A stretch of DNA of 64,000 nt from NCBI GenBank assembly GCA_001179505.1, contig CDMY01000239.1, positions 1-64,000 on the forward strand, written 5' to 3'. Positions 11,648-23,000 of this stretch are shown here, piece by piece. Positions within the stretch are counted from its first letter, which is position 1. Each line of letters begins with the position of its first letter. Source of the DNA: Vitrella brassicaformis CCMP3155. Its lineage: Eukaryota; Protista; Chromerida. Under the pieces are notes generated by a model, which saw nothing but the letters and a program-made list of their open reading frames with translations, made no database searches and was not told the origin of the DNA. Position numbers and translations under genes: made by a program.

Positions 11648-14030
11648 TATCCACCAGCCACGTATCCTCACGTGTTGGTTTAAGAGCAGTAGTAGACACC
11701 CACCCACCGACCTACTTGACCTCATCCTTACCTTTACCTTTCTTCGGCCTTGCCTCTTTGTCTCGCTCTTCTGTTATGTTTGGCCGTTGCCCATTCACTT
11801 GAGTGAGGGAACCATTGATCGCCTTTGGGTTCTGCCTGCCACATCCAATCCACCACACGTCCATCCGTTTGTGTGTACTGATTGATTGATTGATTGCTGG
11901 TGCCGTGTCGTGTCGTGTGGGCATGCATGTGCTGCTGCTGGTGGTGCTTTCTTGTTTCATGTGCGCCTTGCGTGTTGCGTGTTGTTTGGTCATCCATCCA
12001 TCCACCCACGTATCCGTCTGGCCATCGACAGACAGGTCAGTCAGGTCACTTGATGCTTCTTGTGTGGGTAGTCAATGCGAGATGAGTGAGGTCTTGTGTG
12101 TCACGGGGTGTGGGCCATATTGGTTGCTGCTTGCCTTGCTGCCAAGGAAGGAAGGAAGGAAGCATGTACATTAATCATCAGGCAGACAGACAAGTCATGG
12201 CGGGGAGGGGAGGGAAGGGGAGGGCGGCACGAGAGGGACACAGTTGGGAGGATCCTCACTCAGAGACGGGAACCGCCCAGACCCACCCACCAAATGCAGT
12301 GTACAGTTTTACACTGCGGTAGCTTGCTAGAGACGACCTCACTGACTGTCTGCTGTCGTCTGCGTGTGTGGTGGACGACCCCGGGGGCGTCCCCCGAGGC
12401 AGCGAGAGGAATGAGTGCGTACCCTCACGGTTTTGGCCATCCATTCATCATCCATCATCACATGACATGACAATGACATGACATGAGTCATCTGGACTAA
12501 TGCGATTTTGACTTTGATCAGTGGCTGCCACAGCTCTCGGCGACCGATCGTACATATTGTGTGTATGTATGTATGTACTCACTTGCTGCGACAACTTGGC
12601 CCACACAGGCTCACAACTCGCTTGCACGGGGGGGGGAGGGGAGAGACTGGGATGGATGGATGGAAGTGAGCGATGCGTAGTGGTCCATCCATTCATATGC
12701 GCCGCATCGACTCGACACACAGACACACAGACACACAGATACTCGCTGACTGGTTGGCAGGCAGGCAGGCAGGCAAGCACACCTTTCGCAGCTGGACAGA
12801 CTGCAAGTGATTGAGGCAGCGGCAGTGAGTGCATCAACCGGATAGGAATGCAGCGAGCATTCTTGTAGATTAGATGGGGTGGAGGGGGCCATCTCATGTG
12901 GGTGTGGTGGGTACCTGTCCATCGTACTCCATACGTACATACGTCCATTCATTCCACCTGTGTAACTAACTAACTTGTGTGTTTCTTTGTCTAGCTGCCT
13001 GTCTAGCTGTACGAATGCCTGAATGCCAGTCTGTCTGTCTGTGTGTGTGTGTGTGAATGTGAGTGTGTAGTCACGACCGTGACGCATGGCCATGGATGGC
13101 GGGCATCCGTCCCTCTCATGCATCGTGCTCACGTCGATACATACATACATACTCACGCCTGGCTGGGGATGGGATGGGATGGGGCGAAGGGGGAGTGGGA
13201 TGGTCGGTGGCTGGCGTGGGATGGGGCGGGGTGGGTTGATTGTTGGTTGCTGCGGGGTCCGGTGGGTGGTCGATGTCATGTACAGTCGGTCGAGCATGCT
13301 ATGCTATACAGCACAGCTAGCCACCAGGAGAGGGGAGGGGGGCATGGCATGTGCATCCGTCCGTCCATCAATCTGTTCATGAATGAGACGCCAAGAGAGA
13401 AAGACCCACCATGGGATGGACACGCACACGCACAGGCCACCACTGGTCGTCACACGCACACACAGTTCAGCGAGAGTTCGTGTTGTGTACAATAGGGATT
13501 TATTTGACTGGTCGCCGTCGATGGTGAGTGAGATGAATGCGTTCCTTCGTTCGTCGGTGTGTGCGTCTCGGCCATCATCGCGTTTGCGTGTGCGCGCCCG
13601 ATGACTGACTGACTGACAGACTGACATGCGTGTGGACAGATGGATGTCGACGTGAGGTGAAATGCATGCCTCCCCATTGAGATTGAGAAAGCCGTTCACT
13701 CAACCATGCCCATCCTCGCCATGATGTGATGCATCAATCACTCAGCATAGCATGCACACACTGCAGTCAGATATGCAATGCAATCAGTGTGGTATTCAGT
13801 CAGTCCTCAGCCCAGCCTGGGGGGGCCGGGCCATCATTAAAACGATCGGCCGATACATACCCAGACACATCAATCGCACATGGCCACACCCGCACCGCAA
13901 CGAGGATGCCAAGGCAACTAACCACCCACTCACGCACCAGCACATACCATACACCCAACCCATCAGTCAGCAGAAGCCTCCAATCAGTAGCAGGCAGCTG
14001 CCGAGCTCCACGGCTGTGGATGTGTGCCGA
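10560..14030. repeat. Microsatellite-rich intergenic region between convergent genes (GACA, GATA, CA, CT, GGAT, GCAG tracts)
   Basis: Simple repeats are directly visible, and the ORFs here translate as VCVC/THTH/DGWM low-complexity strings. Confidence 0.8.
11269..11430. repeat. GC-rich foldback element with ~40-44 bp inverted arms; homologous to the copy at ~40.0 kb
   Basis: ggggcagaaccggccgctgggcgggtagatgcagctggcg (11269-11308) is the near-perfect reverse complement of cgccagctgcatctagctacccgcccagcggcccgttctgcccc (11333-11376). Confidence 0.85.
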
Positions 14031-14035
14031 CCGAA

Positions 14036-15429
14036 TCACCTCCGCCCACGACGGACCGATCGTGAAGACGAGCTGCACACACACACAGACGCTTACAGCA
14101 CACTCACTCTGCTTGTGCCCTCTCTGTCCACCCACGTGTGTAGGTACGCACCTTCTGGAGTCCGAGCTGCTCGAGCCGGAGCTGCTGCTGGACGACGGAC
14201 TGCGGCCGCGACGGCCAGCACCCCTGACAGATAGATGACACACATACATATCCAGCCCGATAGCTTCCCATTTCACTGTGCTCACCGTCTGGGTGGCGTG
14301 CCTCTGCGTCGAGGACCGCGGCCAGGACTGTCCGATGGGCTGCGATCTCTGCAGCCAGGCGACACCAGACACACACACACACACACAGAGCGAGAGAGAG
14401 CATTGCTGCTAGCCGTCGGTCGGCCTTGGTGTGTGCACGTGCTTAGCATACCTCCGTCGGTTGGGTGGCGGCCGCCGGGGAGAGCGGGACCGCACAGGGG
14501 ACCTGACATCAACACAACAACACAACACGATCACAGACAGTAATGTAACATACACACATCGTAGAGATAGATGGGCCTCAGCTGATGTTGTGACTTAACG
14601 TACCGTCTCCGCTGTGGTGGCGGCGACCTCTCCCTCCGCCTGGGTGGCGACCGGTCCCGATCCCTCTCGTCCCGCCCCCTCCCCCGCCCGCGGTCTCGAT
14701 CTGCCAGCCGCCCGCGGTCCCTCTCCTCATCCTTCTTGTCCTCCCTCTCAACACCACGGCCCTTGGTCGTACTGGGCGACACACCTTTGTCACCCTCCTT
14801 GGTGTCCACTTCCATCGGTTTGGTCCCGGTCCCATTGGTGGACACCTCGGGCGCCTGTTGCTGCTGTTGCTTGCTGGATGGCGGGTGCTCCTTGGAGGCG
14901 GCATGTCTGGGGGACGTCTGGCCGGCGGGCAGCAGGATGAACTCGACCTTGATGGGATTGCCGTCTATCTGACCCTGAGCCATACCATACATGTCACGAC
15001 ACACACACACACACACACATGCAGGGAGATGGATAGCTCGATGTGTGTGACATGGTCTGGTCACTGACTGACCCCGTTGAGCATGTCTTTGGCCTCGAGT
15101 GCGGCGTCTCGCTTGTCAAACTCCACGTACGCATATCCCTTGGGAAGGTCCACCTGCACGCACACACACAGCCACCAGCCAAGCCAGATCAGCCAGCCAC
15201 ATGCGCCATCATCGTTCGTCCTTCACGCCGACAAATGCATGTGTTGTGCGTGTGGCCGATGGCGCACCTGTTTGTCAACAGCGATAGTGACGTTCTTGAT
15301 GTCGCCGTAGTTGCCGAATATCTCCTTGAGGTGCTCATCGTTGACGTTGCGCGAGAGGTTGCTCACGTTCAGAATCGTGTCATTGGTCGCTCCATCCCTC
15401 TCCTTGCCACGCTGCTCACGCGACGACAT
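14036..15429 (-). CDS. RNPS1: RNPS1/SR45-like RRM plus Arg/Ser-rich splicing / exon-junction-complex factor
   Basis: Spliced RRM reads TILNVSNLSRNVNDEHLKEIFGNYGDIKNVTIAVDKQ|VDLPKGYAYVEFDKRDAALEAKDMLNG|GQIDGNPIKVEFIL, followed by an RD/RS/RSPPP-rich tail. TGA at 14036-14038. Confidence 0.8.
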
Positions 15430-15956
15430 GGCAAGAACCGTTTCTTTTCCCTCCTCCTCGTCCCCTCACCACAAGGTCGTCGTACGTATTGCCGACGACG
15501 AGGTGCGCCCGAGGCGGCGGCTTACCCAATAATACAACTCATAGCTCAATCGCGAGCTGGAAACAGTTGGCAGAAAAACCCTAAAAACCCGAGGGATCGA
15601 CCTGCAGCTCGCACAGACTGCGGCGCCCCCCTGCGCGAGGAGAGTTCATGTGTGAGAATGACAGCGAGTTCATGTCTGAGCGTGAACATCCGACAGCGAG
15701 TTTTTGTCTGAGCATGAACATCCAAAAGCGAAGCGTTCCCACCGCCAAACAGCTTTTATGCACGTGTGTGGGTTATCAGGGAGCTCGGAGTTTGCTAATT
15801 GAGAGCGGGAACATAGAAGGCAACGAAAGAAGGCCACATCTGAATGTTTCGTGCATTTGCGTCCGTGTGGAAGGTTGTGTTGTGTACACAGGCACGTGCT
15901 TCCAACAGCGTTGCTTCTGACGTTGCTTCTGGCGAGGTGACGCGTCCATCCATCGG

Positions 15957-16335
15957 TCGACGCGTATTCATTGCGGTGCTGTGTGTATGTGGTGCAGGTG
16001 GCGTTGAGCTATGTGTGGCGTTGAGCTATATGCTGCTCTGGACACTCAGGCACTCGACGCGTATTCATTGCGGTGCTGTGTGTATGTGGCGCCGGTGGCG
16101 TTGAGCTATGTGTGGCGTTGAGCTACTATGCTGTTGTGTGTGTCCAGGCGATGTGTTGTCGTTCGTGTTGGAGGCCTGAGCTGTCCGACTATCTATCGAT
16201 GCGCTGAGCTGTTAGAAGACGGTGCCTGAGGTGTCCGACTATCTATCGATGCGCTGAGCTGTCAATCTATCGATGCGAGTGTTCCGTCCCTCCGAACGGA
16301 CACGCACACGTCAATCTGAGCTGTCAATCTATCGA
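15957..16335. repeat. Short tandem duplications: a 97-bp unit x2 and a ~30-55 bp ctgagctgt..ctatctatcgatgcg unit x3-4
   Basis: tcgacgcgtattcattgcggtgctgtgtgtatgtgg occurs at 15957 and 16054; tatctatcgatgcgctgagctgt is repeated over 16190-16265. Confidence 0.85.
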
Positions 16336-16379
16336 TGTGAGTGGTCCATCCCTGCCAGCCCACACAACCCACACGCACA

Positions 16380-16760
16380 CTCACCCCCCACGTCAGCGCC
16401 CCATGCCAGTAAAAAAACAGTCTGTCTCTCGCTCTCTTCTCGAGTCACACATACGCACACGCATCCCGCACGTCAGCCCCTACGCTAAAAAGAACACATA
16501 CGTGCACACGCACATGCATTACTAGAAAACAGAGTGTCTGTTATTCTCTTCACATAGAGGCACGCACACGTATCCCGCACGTCAGCCCGCACGCTAACTG
16601 AGCCTTTGTCACTCTTTGCTCGAGTCAAGCAACCCACTGCCCATGACAAAAAAACACACATACGTGCACACGCACACGCAGCCTCCCACGCCACCAGAAA
16701 ACAGAGTGTCTCTCGCTCTCTTCACATACAGGCACGCGCACGCATACCCCTCTATGCTAG
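16380..16760. repeat. Degenerate repeat array at the left flank of the Helitron; same family as 26757-26912
   Basis: aaaacag(a/t)(g/c)tgtct.tcgctctcttc..cacgcacacg.atcccgcacgtcagccc recurs; actagaaaacagagtgtct is identical at 16521 and 26892. Confidence 0.75.
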
Positions 16761-17019
16761 ATCTATGAAAGATTTCACAGAGGGCCGCTACCAGCGATAG
16801 AGGCAGTTTTGTATAGGAGTCCAGCACGTCTTGCCAGGTTTGAAACGGACCTTTCAGCTGCTTGATATATGTACTTATTGTCTATTGTATGAACTTATTG
16901 GTTATTGCAATTCCTCCTGAGCATGTATGTCTCCCCAATCCTCCTCAACGCCGACAACTATTGATGACTGTATCTCATCATGCATGCATGAGTGAGAGGG
17001 TCCACAACCATATCGTCTC

Positions 17020-20000
17020 TCATTCCGATACCTCAGATCGACCGATCTTGTTTTTTTCTAGACGGGCTAGTACGAGGCAGCGAATATTTTTTCTTGTTGC
17101 GCGACTCAACTTTGTCAGCCGCTCAATCTCGATCGTGAGAGTGGTCGAAAATTTCTCCTTCAGTCTTGCCTCGAATATCGCCGGAGGATGCCCAAGCCGT
17201 CGCCGTCGGTCACCCGTGAGAACGCCACAAGCTGGCTCAGACAAATGTTTGTGTTGCTGACCCATACGGCTGGCCTCAGATCGATAATCAGGCGCTCTTT
17301 CGTCGTAGACTGCAGCTTTCAGAAAGTCAATGCGCTGGCGCTGATTATCGGCAGCTGCGTTCGTCGGAGGTTATATTTATGCTTCGGAATCAGCTTCTCC
17401 TCGTCTGGTGACGCGGGAATTCGCGACGGTATCTCAATAGTGAAGGTGTCGGTGTGAGGAAAGACCGGCGTGAGAGGCTTTCCGGACGGCGACAACGGCA
17501 CGCCGTCGATAGGAGTGTGGTCCGCCTTCTCCACGTCCATGAAGACGTACAGCGGTAGCTCGGTCGCGACAATGATGTCGACCGGCCGATCGGACACTGT
17601 TGCTGTGTGCTTAGAGAAGAAGGCGGAGGGGCTGAAAGCGGCCAAGTGGAAGGTCGCCTGGCTTCCATTGTTGATGTGCAACTCTGTCGCATCATTGCAG
17701 GTGAGTAAGTACTGCTGGTCTCGGATGAGGGCCAAAATCTGCGGCATGTTGCCGGTCTTGATCTTAGAAATCATGGACAGATGCCTGTGGAGCTCTCGAG
17801 ACGGCCGTTTTTCCTGGCTGCGTTCAGTGATGTCCATATCGTCGGCCACGCACAAAAGAATCGGCTTGTGTTCTTTGTCGGCGGCACAGAGGGCATTGAT
17901 CATCGCCAAAGGGATCCGCAGCTCGGCCCCCCACACGCCAATAGGCGCGGTCTGCCATTTAGGGTCGGTCATGTCAATGGCGCTCCCAGGCCCGCCAATG
18001 ACGCGTGTCTCCAGCCATCGATAGTCTTCTTCAGTGAGCCTCTCATTGCGGAACCGCTCGAGGAACGCCTGATACCTGCGGCCGCTCTCCGTCTGCTTGA
18101 ATCGCATGCCATCCTCCAGAAGCACGACGGTATCGAACAGGGTCTTGTACAGCCGCATACCTGCAAGATATCACCATGTCTCCTCTGTCCCTGCTCTGTG
18201 CAATGCAGTGCGTTCTATTATCGGAAGGCTTCGTCGTCTTTGCGTACAGCGCCGTCCTACCAATGGGCCCAAACTGTTTGACGTCTCCGGACAAGAGAAT
18301 GCTCATGTTCCCAAACGGAGGCTGGTGCTTGGCATGCTGCTCTTCGGTGGCCCGCAGCTCACGCAGGCGAGCGTTCATCTTTTCGAACAAGCTGGCGTAC
18401 AGCATCGAGTACTCGTCCACTAACAGATACCACGTCTGCTGCCATAGGACCTGAAATGACAGCTCCTTCCGCATGTCGTCAGTGATAGCACTCCCTCAAC
18501 CGCGGCGGCGGTGCTCCTGCCTGTTTCTGGCTTTGTAGACCTCTATTTGGAGGGCCGAGTGTAGGGTCGAGCCTGAAATAGTAGAGGCAGCCACACCTGA
18601 GACAGGCAATCAGCACAAAGCGCAGATACGCAGCTCGAGGTCGGAGAAATCAAACCAAGAGCGAATAGAATCAGTTCGGTATACCGGTCATCGTAGTCTT
18701 TCGAAGGCAGAACGGTCGCCCGATACCAGCGAAATACAGGGCCAGAGCCTGCATCACCCACGACTTGCCGCATCCGGGGCCGCCTGCAACTACCATGTTG
18801 AGTGGCGATACCACAGCAAAGTCGCTGCGGTCCAAGGCGTCAAAGTTCTCATTCACATGCTTGGCGATGACACGAACGACCCGCTCCTATTCGGAATTGA
18901 GCGTGAACTTTTCAATAGCCAACTTCGCTACTCTCAGACGGTCGTCATCTGTCATGGCCTTAAACTGCATCGATTGAAGCCACCGTGTATACTCTAGCGC
19001 TCCCGCTGCACTGCTGTCGCCCGCCTCACACATCGCAAGCAGCTCCGCGTCTGACATTACTTGGATGCTCCGTCGTTCGGGCATGCCACCGGTATCGCGC
19101 GCTGCATGTACTGCGGCGGGCATGTCATCATCGACGTCCATCTCTTCCGCGCCTTCTCCCGGCCTCGACGCAGCGACGTCCGGCTGACCGCTCCTTCGTC
19201 GCTGCAGCATTCTTTAGAGGGTCTTCTGCATAGTCTTCATTGCTGCCGGGTCCTGGTTTCTTGCGACAATATCAGTCACTCTGGCATCCTGCAAAGAGAC
19301 ATATGCATATGTATCGGAGGGTTTTTTTTTTTTTGCATTAGTTCTGACTTGAGATGGCATATTGAGCGTGGCAGATGTGGACGGCTCATCGATTTGGACC
19401 TTCAGCTGTGGTGTAGTCAGGCCGAAGCGCTTGCAGACGGCGTCCATGCCCTCTCTCACGTATTTCTGGCGGTCGGCGAGGAAACGTCCGGAGACCGACA
19501 GACTCTACTTAACACCCGCTATGGGATCCAGCTTCTCAAACAGCTCCGCATCCGATGACCTTGCAGGGCTTGTCAGCTTGTCCACCATCACCTGCGCCTC
19601 CTTCAGCAGTGCCTGGCGAGCATCGTCCTCTTCGCGAAGTGCCTCGTCCATCTGGTCCAGCAAGTCTCGCGCGTCGAACGTTGCACTCTGCTCATCCTGC
19701 TCACGCCGAAACGCTGTATCGATCTTCGCATCGGCCTGCGTGCGGTGAGCGCCTTTAATGTTGTCGATCAGTTCCACTATCCACCGCGCCACGGGGTCGT
19801 CGATGGATGTGTCTGCCGCTCGCTGCCAATGCCACGTCTCGAACTCGTCCAGCGCCTCCTGCCACGTTCGATACGAGCCTTTCAGCTGCTTCAATAAATT
19901 AAAGCCGGTCCAGGTGGGTCTCTTGGTGCATCTTGCATTCACAGAAACGTTGGATCGTGGTGAGTGCCCTTCAAAGCCACACTTCGAGTCAAATGAGACA

Positions 20001-23000
20001 TCACCATCGACCGACAGCCGCGACTCTACGTCGACATATGCAGCAGTATAGCTGCGGTCCTTGTTTTGCAGCCATTCATCCAGGTCAAAGTCGAGCTCAC
20101 AGGGCCGTTCCTGAGAGCTGCTGCCTACAAAGGGCTTCAGCAGGAGCAGCAGCTTCTTGGCGCGGTCCTCGATGGCCCCCGGCTGCTTTGAGTAGCAGCT
20201 CGGAATGGCCATACTCAGAGGGGGCACGGCCGACTTATCCACATCCCTCTGAGTACACACATGCAAATACAGAGACACGGACTTTCGCGCCAAATCCTAA
20301 GAGTCCACCGGCTCATACATACCTGTCGCAGCTGGCATTTAGTGTGAAGTGGATGCTGCGCTGTAAAGTAGAGGGCCCTGTCCTTCTCAGCCAGCAACTC
20401 AGCGGCATCGGCAGCGTGAGAGCAGACCGAGGAGGGGCACATGTTGCTCGCCTCCGTGCTCTTATATTTGCGGAAGAACAGCTCGTGAAACAGGTAGACG
20501 GGGACTGAAGCCATTGGCAGCTTCACTGGGTCGCCTTCTCTGGTACACATGACGTCGGGAGGGACTCCAATCTCCACTTCCTCGGTCATTCGAAATAGAT
20601 AGTCCTGCGCCTTGCTAGACAGGACCGTCGACGGCTGTCCATCGGCTCGGTGGACACGCATGAGCACCGTCTTGTCGTTCTCTTCATCCTCGCTCACATC
20701 GTCCTCTGTGACCCCCCCTGCCGCTCCTCGGCCGCCAAGAGCTTAAGGAAAGGGAGCGAGGGAAGGGGGTAGGTGAGATGAGACATATAATAGTCTCCAT
20801 CATCTCCATAGCCCAGCAGGTGCCACATGACCTGACACGCAGACATCTGGACGCGGGCGTTGAAAGAGTTGGTTATGCCGGTGATAAACAGGCGATGCTG
20901 CTTGATGGCCTCCTCCGTATTTGCATAGCGCTCGAGGTACTTCTTGCAGCCCACTGCGACGATCGACACCAAGTCGTGCAGCTTGATATCCATCTTGGAG
21001 CTGTAGTTGGTGAGCTGCAGACAACACATATGGAGACATGGCCTCAGGCAGACAAAGTGAGTAGGCTCGCAGTCCGTGACTTACATAGTGCACCAACGCA
21101 TACACCCGATCCGCAGTCAGGAGCAGGAACTTCATGTCATTGTTCGACCGAATGGCGACCGTGACATATGGAGAGTGGCCGGTCGTCCAGCGGTGGTGGC
21201 GACGGAGGCGAATGATGTCGCACTTGGTGATGGTGATGGTCATGTGGATCATCTTCTTTGGCATGCTCAAGCGGTACGGGATCAGGGCGCTCAGTTTGTT
21301 GGCCTCTTCCTTTAGATTGAGTGCGTCTCAACGAAGCGCATCGTTGTTTGCCGTCTCGCCCTTCGCCAGGTCCCGCAGTCGGCTGTTGTAGTCACCCATA
21401 AGCCTCTTAATCTTGCGCATCACCTGCTGCCACTTGAACTTGTTGCTCTTCTTGATGCACGACATGGTGTGCTTCTTGGAATGCAGCAGGCTGCGACACG
21501 CGACGGCCATGAACTGGCGGCTGAACTGGAGGTTGAGGTACCCGCTGTTTTTGCTGTCGGCCAAAAAGATGCGCCCAATGAATGTGCCCGGATCCACATA
21601 CTCCCTCGACTGCTCGACGTCCAGCCACGGGTCAACATCCATAGTGCTGTTATCGCTGGTCTCGTGGCCGGGGTAGTACAGCTTTATAACCAGCTGCTTC
21701 TTCTGTGTTGTTGTGAGCGGTTCGAAGAGCCGTTTTGGGTCCGGATCGCTGAAAAAAGCGTTCTCCGCCTCGGCAGCCTTGGGAGCTACCTTTGAAAACC
21801 CAAACAAGTCCTCAGCGTCTCTCGCCCCTCCATCGTCGTCCTCTATGACGTTCTCGTTATCGGCCGGCCCCACAAACTCGTCTATGGTCTCGGACGGGGC
21901 GAACGATGTGAGGCACAAGCTTACACTACCACCGGATTTCACGCTGAGGGGCTCCTCGTTATCGTCCGACTCCAACGGGAGAGCCCAAAATCCATCATCG
22001 CCCTCCACAGACACCTAATCATCCATGCTTTGCATGTCGTCCTCCACATGCAGAGAGGACACAGGGGCCTTTTTGGCAGCATCGAGGAGACGCTCGACTG
22101 CCTCGAAGTGCATTTGAGAGCCGAGCGATATGCGGTCATACCACGGCGACTCCACGTCCAGCACCGCATGCTGCTCGTCCGTCAGCTTCGCATGAAGCTC
22201 AAACTCATGCACGTCCTCGTGAATGGTGAAGTCCAGCCACTACTTCAGCTTGTGACAGAACTGTCGATCAGTCATCTTCTTCCGTAGCTCCCGTGGGTAG
22301 GGCGCCCCTTCGAGGAAGTCCAGGTGGTGAAAGTGAAGGATCCCGCGCCCCTGGCTCTCTGAAGGGCCGATCGACACCTTGCACTTACCGCTGACACCAG
22401 GCCTGGGGTCCAGAGGGCGCCGCAACAGACACGCGAGGAATGCCCGCACGCAGATGTTGAACATCTCTGCAGCCGCCGCCGGGTTGCCAGCCGCCATCTG
22501 GCGGCAGCGCTGGATGTGTTTGTTGAGAGGTGGGCACTCGTTCAAGTCGAACACCTGCTCCTTGCTGAGCACACCTAAGTGCAAGAGAAGCGTACTCTCG
22601 AGGTCGTAGAAGTTTTGCGTCGAGAAGAGTACCGGCACGCCGAACCGTACAATGTAGGAGAGGATCTGCTGGCGAGCATACTTTGGCGCCGAGCGAGCCC
22701 GGGACCCCACGCGAGACCCCCTTCACCTGTCAAGACGACCACACAGAATACAGACAGTTCTCACATGAATCCTAAGTTTCCCTTTTTAAGCTTCTCACAT
22801 CGGTCATCCACGCCTGAAAGTCTGCGTCTTTCAAAGTGTAGGGCAGGTTGATTGTCGCCAGTTGCTGCGCTCGTTCCATCCATTCCTCGAGACTGGCAGG
22901 ATGGATGTGCGAAAGCAGCCCACGCCGTGCCGGCTGCCGGATGCGCAGCGAGGCCGCTCGATTGATCTCCTGCCGCTGAAGTATGTTGAAGACCAGAAAC

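Noticed and set aside
10560-14030. Many 60-230 aa ORFs in the intergenic region, and similar ones in introns throughout
   Set aside because: They translate microsatellites (VCVC, THTH, DRQT, DGWM) and show no recognisable motifs or splice-consistent structure.
15574-15590. Telo-box-like AAACCCTAAAAACCC upstream of the RNPS1-like gene
   Set aside because: It is a single short occurrence and was not seen in the other promoters, so it is too weak to call.
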